A DNA stretch of 53,816 nt, from the IMG/VR virus record IMGVR_UViG_3300007539_000025, positions 1 to 53,816 of that record; one strand, written 5' to 3'. Origin of the DNA: a virus. Taxonomy: Duplodnaviria; Caudoviricetes. This document shows positions 49,505 through 53,816 of this stretch, piece by piece. The position numbers and the translations under genes were made by a program. The notes under the pieces are model-generated. The model had not been told where the DNA came from, searched no databases, and saw only the letters and a list, made by a program, of their open reading frames with translations. Each line of letters begins with the position of its first letter. The first letter of the stretch is position 1.

Positions 49505-49981
49505 ATGAATTATTTAAGTGATAATATAAGTAAACACATAAGCTACAAGGAAGGTGTGTATAGCATAACGGCGACTAGGCTAGGTATAGACAACGTACCA
49601 AACCAATATGAGTTTGCTAACATGCAAGTATTAGCTGAAAATATATTTGAACCATTAAGAAACTGGGTGAAAGGGCCTATAAAAATAAACTCTTTTTTTA
49701 GAGGACCAGAGCTTAATAAAGCTATTGGCGGGTCTTCTAAGTCACAGCATTGCCAAGGTAGAGCAATTGATATTGACGACTCTTATGGTCATAAAACAAA
49801 CGCTGAGATGTATGAGTGGATTAAAAAGAACTTAGACTTTGATCAGATGATATGGGAGTTTGGTACAGATGAGAATCCAAACTGGGTGCATGTATCTTAT
49901 GTATCTCCCGACTCTAATAGAAACAGATGTCTTAAAGCTTACAAAGACGATAACAACAAAACTAAATACATGGTGATATGA
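49505..49981 (+). CDS. peptidase M15A-family endolysin
   Basis: INSFFR, SQHCQGRAIDI (SxHxxGxAxD) and WVHVSY. Confidence 0.88.
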   Translation: MNYLSDNISKHISYKEGVYSITATRLGIDNVPNQYEFANMQVLAENIFEPLRNWVKGPIKINSFFRGPELNKAIGGSSKSQHCQGRAIDIDDSYGHKTNAEMYEWIKKNLDFDQMIWEFGTDENPNWVHVSYVSPDSNRNRCLKAYKDDNNKTKYMVI

Positions 49982-50253
49982 CATGGTTACAAAGACAAAG
50001 GCAAATTAACTCTGCTATAAATAGTCCTGTAGAAGCTCACTGTAAAAGAGAAAAACCACATACTAGTTGGACTCAATCAGATAGAGATAAATATAATAGA
50101 GAAACAGGTAGTAATTTAAAACCACCTCAACCACAAGGTGGATCTCGTAGAGATAGTTATTGTGCTAGATCTGCTGGAATTAAAAAATGTAAGAACCCTG
50201 ATAAAAATGGCGATTGTCCAAATGACATTGCTAGAAGAAAGTGGAACTGTTAA
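49978..50253 (+). CDS. small basic phage protein (SYCARS...RRKWNC)
   Basis: Recognisable widespread phage motif; function unknown. Confidence 0.75.
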   Translation: MTWLQRQRQINSAINSPVEAHCKREKPHTSWTQSDRDKYNRETGSNLKPPQPQGGSRRDSYCARSAGIKKCKNPDKNGDCPNDIARRKWNC

Positions 50254-50265
50254 AATAAAAAAAAT

Positions 50266-50622
50266 ATGTTTACAAACAAAGAATTAAGAGGATACATAGG
50301 GGCTGCAACAACCCTAGCTATGGTAATGGGATTACTATTATTTTTAGCATTTAAAGAAATACCAGAAACTAATAACGATATATTTAAAGTTATTGTCGGT
50401 ATGTTGGTCGGTAGTTTATCAGTCGTCATATACACTTTTATAGGTAAAAATCCTGAAGAGGTAGAGTCGCTAAAAGCTAAGAACGAGGCTTTAGAGGATA
50501 AAGTAGCTGCTATGGTTGTAGAAAAAGATAAGCTTGAAAAACTTTTAAGAGATACACAAACTGAAGTTATTGATAAGTTAGCTGTATCAGGTAAGAATTT
50601 TAAATTTGAAAAAGTAAAATAA
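50266..50622 (+). CDS. two-TM protein with coiled coil (holin-like)
   Basis: Two hydrophobic helices followed by heptads. Confidence 0.65.
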   Translation: MFTNKELRGYIGAATTLAMVMGLLLFLAFKEIPETNNDIFKVIVGMLVGSLSVVIYTFIGKNPEEVESLKAKNEALEDKVAAMVVEKDKLEKLLRDTQTEVIDKLAVSGKNFKFEKVK

Positions 50623-50623
50623 T

Positions 50624-50788
50624 ATGATACCTAAAGCATTAGGACCAAAAGCGGTCGCACAGAAGAAAACTAAAAAAAGAACTTTATCAGCTTCATGTAA
50701 AGCTGCAGCTAGAGCTAAGTTTGATGTTTATCCATCTGCTTACGCTAACATGTGGGCTTCAAGACAGCAGGGAAAAGGTAAGTGTTAA
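50624..50788 (+). CDS. small basic protein (54 aa, MIPKALGPK...KFDVYPSAYAN)
   Basis: Hand-translated; absent from the ORF track. Confidence 0.75.
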   Translation: MIPKALGPKAVAQKKTKKRTLSASCKAAARAKFDVYPSAYANMWASRQQGKGKC

Positions 50789-50790
50789 TC

Positions 50791-51066
50791 ATGATAGTAC
50801 CAAAAGCATTAGGCCCTAAATCTGTGGCTAAAAAACAAACTGGTGGTGGTACTACAAAAGTATGTCTACCTAAAGCTAAAATAGCTAGCATGAGTGAGGC
50901 TGAAAAGAAAAAGATTATTAATGCTAAGCGATCTGCTGGTAATGCTGGTAAATATAGAAGAAGTTCTAGTAGTAATACAACAGGTACTTCAAGTAATAGT
51001 TTAGAAGACTGGGTTAAACAAGACTGGCGACAAGTTGGTGATCCTAGTAAAAAATGTGGAGAATAA
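50791..51066 (+). CDS. small basic protein (MIVPKALGPK...WVKQDW)
   Basis: ATG at 50791; shares its N-terminus with the previous ORF. Confidence 0.75.
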   Translation: MIVPKALGPKSVAKKQTGGGTTKVCLPKAKIASMSEAEKKKIINAKRSAGNAGKYRRSSSSNTTGTSSNSLEDWVKQDWRQVGDPSKKCGE

Positions 51067-51097
51067 AAAAAGGGAGCAAACGCTCCCTTTCTTTTTT
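51065..51097. terminator. bidirectional intrinsic terminator
   Basis: aaaaaaa-gggagc-aaac-gctccc-tttctttttt between convergent genes. Confidence 0.9.
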
Positions 51098-51110
51098 ACA
51101 ACAAACTAAA

Positions 51111-52826
51111 CTAACCATCACACGCGACACAATCTTCACTCATTGCGCGCTCTGCAATATCTCCACGTAGGACACTCTCTGTCCTCATATAATACAACGT
51201 TTTTATACCTTGTTTCCAAGCTTCCATATGAACTTGATTAAGCCACTTTGGTGTAGCTTCGGAAGGAAAGGCTAAGTTCAAGCTAACAGACTGATCGATA
51301 TACTGTTGTCTTATACCTGCTTGTCTAACTAGCTCTAGTTGATTTATCTCTTTAAATGTTTTAAATATTTCTTTAACAGGTGTTTCGTTTATTTCTAAAC
51401 CATCTAGTTCTTTTACTCCTTGAACAGATCCACCGTCTTTCAATATCTTATTCCATATGTTTTCGTTATTCAGTTTAAATCTTCTTAACACCTTGACAAG
51501 CGTCGGATTTTTTCTGATAAACGTCCCTTTAGCAGTTTGCTCAGTAAAAACATTAGCGGCCCAAGGCTCAATACCAGGACTAATGTTGCCAGCCAACTTA
51601 CTATTAGAGACAGTAGGAGCAATAGCCCGAAGATGAGTATTCCGCATACCTGTACCACGACACCACAAAGGTTCGCCGTAAATCTCTGCCAATGCTCTTG
51701 AAGCTCTTTCTGATTCGATCTTAATCTGGCTAAATATACGTCTTGTTTGGAATTGCGCTGGCAAACCCTCAAACGCATAGCCGTTCTGTTGTAAGTACGT
51801 ATGCCAACCGAGGACTCCCAACCCAAGTGCTCTGCCTTTCTCAGCAGATCGTACAGAGTTCTCGAAGCCTTTTCTATATTTAGCTTTCTGTATAAACTCC
51901 TCAAGCACACCGTCCAGAAACCAGATAGCATCGTAAATAATGTTTGTGTTTTTCCATTCGTCATATTTTGCTAAGTTTAGTGATGATAAACAACACACAA
52001 AACTGTGTGATTCGTCTGTATGTAGAACTATTTCACTACATATATTTGTCATGTGTACCTTTAATGCATTTTCTTTGTATGCTTCTGGATTAGCTTTGTT
52101 AGTGTTTCCTTTAAACAAGATATACGGCTCTCCGGTGCTTTTCCTCTTTCTAAGTAATTTACTCCATCTAGCCCTTGCTGTTGCATCTCCTTGCTCAAGC
52201 TTTCGCATAAACTTATCACCAATAACTGCGCATTGATGTAAGTTAAGGCTTTGTCTGTTAATATCTCCTTTAGGTTCTCGTATTTCAAGCCATTCTTCAA
52301 AATCATCGTGGTCAATGTTGATATTGACGCTTGCAGCTCCTCGTCTAACTGATCCTTGGTTTGTTGCAAGGATTGTACTATCATAGATCTTGCAGAAGGG
52401 TACGACTCCGTCTGATGTTCCATTTCCTGTTATTTTAGCGCCGGCTGGTCTAATCATATTAACTCCAATGCCTACACCGCCGCCGTGCTTCGCGAGTAGC
52501 ATCATTTCTAAGTTCTTAGTGCCAATGTCAACTATGCTATCAGCAACATCAATACCGAAACAACTTATAGGTAAACCTCTATCTAGTCCTGTATTAGACA
52601 GAACAGGTGAGGCCAAACATAACCAACCGTTCCATATGTATTCAAAGAACCTGTCGGTTAACTCTGGTTTATAAAGTCTTTTAGCAACTGTATTAGCTAC
52701 ACGCATGTAAGCATCTCTAGGAGTTTCACCGTTGTGTAGATAACCACCAGCTATAGTTTTCTTATAAACTTCTGTATCTCCCCAGTTAGGGTAATCTATT
52801 CCTTTTTTCCAATCTTTATTCCACAT
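51111..52826 (-). CDS. nrdA: ribonucleotide reductase class I alpha subunit, no ATP cone
   Basis: ISCF, TNICSEI, AIAPT, IDQSVS, KTLYY and C-terminal CVAC. Confidence 0.96.
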   Translation of the reverse strand: MWNKDWKKGIDYPNWGDTEVYKKTIAGGYLHNGETPRDAYMRVANTVAKRLYKPELTDRFFEYIWNGWLCLASPVLSNTGLDRGLPISCFGIDVADSIVDIGTKNLEMMLLAKHGGGVGIGVNMIRPAGAKITGNGTSDGVVPFCKIYDSTILATNQGSVRRGAASVNINIDHDDFEEWLEIREPKGDINRQSLNLHQCAVIGDKFMRKLEQGDATARARWSKLLRKRKSTGEPYILFKGNTNKANPEAYKENALKVHMTNICSEIVLHTDESHSFVCCLSSLNLAKYDEWKNTNIIYDAIWFLDGVLEEFIQKAKYRKGFENSVRSAEKGRALGLGVLGWHTYLQQNGYAFEGLPAQFQTRRIFSQIKIESERASRALAEIYGEPLWCRGTGMRNTHLRAIAPTVSNSKLAGNISPGIEPWAANVFTEQTAKGTFIRKNPTLVKVLRRFKLNNENIWNKILKDGGSVQGVKELDGLEINETPVKEIFKTFKEINQLELVRQAGIRQQYIDQSVSLNLAFPSEATPKWLNQVHMEAWKQGIKTLYYMRTESVLRGDIAERAMSEDCVACDG

Positions 52827-53095
52827 TACGAAAAATATAATATTGTGTAGGCAACCGCTACGTTTAAATTAACAAGTACTAAGTTCCATTGTTTAGCAAC
52901 AAATACTTGTGGTATCGATATAACACCAGCAATTATGTAGGTTATAATACCTATTTGATCTGGCAACAGATGAGGACTAGTCATCATAAAACCAGTCCCC
53001 ATATATCCTAATCTATTAGCCAATCTTTCTTCTGGCTTTAATCTTCTTTGTCTTACTAAGAACCTTAATAAGCTTCTTTTACTAGGCTTTCTCAT
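52826..53095 (-). CDS. small membrane protein between nrdB and nrdA
   Basis: Basic N-terminus followed by 2-3 hydrophobic helices. Confidence 0.7.
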   Translation of the reverse strand: MRKPSKRSLLRFLVRQRRLKPEERLANRLGYMGTGFMMTSPHLLPDQIGIITYIIAGVISIPQVFVAKQWNLVLVNLNVAVAYTILYFS

Positions 53096-53816
53096 TTACC
53101 AAATATCTTCAAAATCTTCACCTTCATTAGCCTTACTATAGTCCGTGGGTCTAATAGCAAAAAAGTCTGTATGAGTAAGTCCACCAGTAAGATGATAAAA
53201 CCAATCGAGTACAGAAGCAGAAGCTCCATCAAAGCTAAAGTAGTTTGTTTTATCTGAATAACCAAGTTCAACAAGTTTTTCATTTGCTCTTTTTCTTATA
53301 AACTGTTTTAGATCGTTTGATTTTAAATTCTCAATATCACCCATCTCAAACATTTTGTCTATATAATTTTCTTCTAACTCAACCATTGCTTCTGCTGCTT
53401 CTAAAATATCAGTCTCGCAGTCGTCTTTTAAATTAGGTATTTCTTTACACATATCTCTAAATAACTTACAACCCATTTTGCTATGTAATGATTCGTCTCT
53501 TACAGACCATTTCATTTGTTGCCCAATGCCTTTGAGTAAGTTACGAAGCTGAAAAGAATAAAGCACTGCAAAAGCGGAATATAAAGAAACTCCTTCCGCG
53601 AAAGCAGAAAAAATAGCCAATGACTTTCCAATACCCACTGGATCTGTGCCATCATATGCAACGAGATTATCAAAACGAGCAGCCGTAGCTGGCTCATGTA
53701 AAAATGCCTCGTAATCTTCAAGTCCAAGTGTTTCATTTAAATAACTATAAGCTACAGCATGTATTGTTTCTTGTGAGCCGAACATCATAGCCATCTGCTG
53801 TATCTCATGTTTAGGA
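53096..53816 (-). CDS. nrdB: ribonucleotide reductase class I beta subunit, 5' end outside the window
   Basis: ETIHAVAYS, EGVSLYSAF, RDESLH di-metal ligands; DFFAIRPTDY. Confidence 0.95.
   Translation of the reverse strand, partial: PKHEIQQMAMMFGSQETIHAVAYSYLNETLGLEDYEAFLHEPATAARFDNLVAYDGTDPVGIGKSLAIFSAFAEGVSLYSAFAVLYSFQLRNLLKGIGQQMKWSVRDESLHSKMGCKLFRDMCKEIPNLKDDCETDILEAAEAMVELEENYIDKMFEMGDIENLKSNDLKQFIRKRANEKLVELGYSDKTNYFSFDGASASVLDWFYHLTGGLTHTDFFAIRPTDYSKANEGEDFEDIW

Noticed and set aside
5544-50435. Numerous minus-strand ORFs of 60-130 aa within the late region, and plus-strand 52390-52674 and 51940-52236
   Set aside because: They lie antisense to clear genes and have the S/F/L-rich composition expected of reverse-frame artefacts.
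1-53816. Stop-codon reassignment or introns/inteins as seen in some crAss-like phages
   Set aside because: Genes are intact and densely packed under the standard code; terL, nrdA and the capsid gene show no interruptions.

Overview
AT-rich dsDNA tailed-phage genome segment, podovirus-like, with a head-tail gene order resembling crAss-like/marine flavobacterial phages. A Bacteroidota host is inferred from the A-rich, SD-less start contexts and the gene families. 1-4460 (minus strand): many small early-type ORFs, a truncated tRNA, two tRNA-like RNAs lacking a normal anticodon arm, and six copies of a fixed-spacing motif TTACA-N5-AATACG-N9-GGATAAT; a seventh copy faces the other way at the strand switch. 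4730-51066 (plus strand): GroEL/GroES, small basic proteins with shared peptide motifs, holin, tail fibres, a tandem GroES-like protein, terminase, portal, scaffold, major capsid, tail tube/nozzle, three putative ejected proteins, and an envelope/lysis module (beta-barrel, thioredoxin-fold protein, M15 peptidase). 51111-end (minus strand): class I ribonucleotide reductase. Best candidate novel system (hypothesis): the 2491-aa putative ejected protein is divided by Q[FM]S[RK] linkers into a zincin protease, a sigma-region-2-like domain, a His-Me-nuclease-like domain and a HAD phosphatase. A virion-delivered sigma-like factor could therefore read the seven-copy motif. All calls are by-eye motif recognition; no searches were run.
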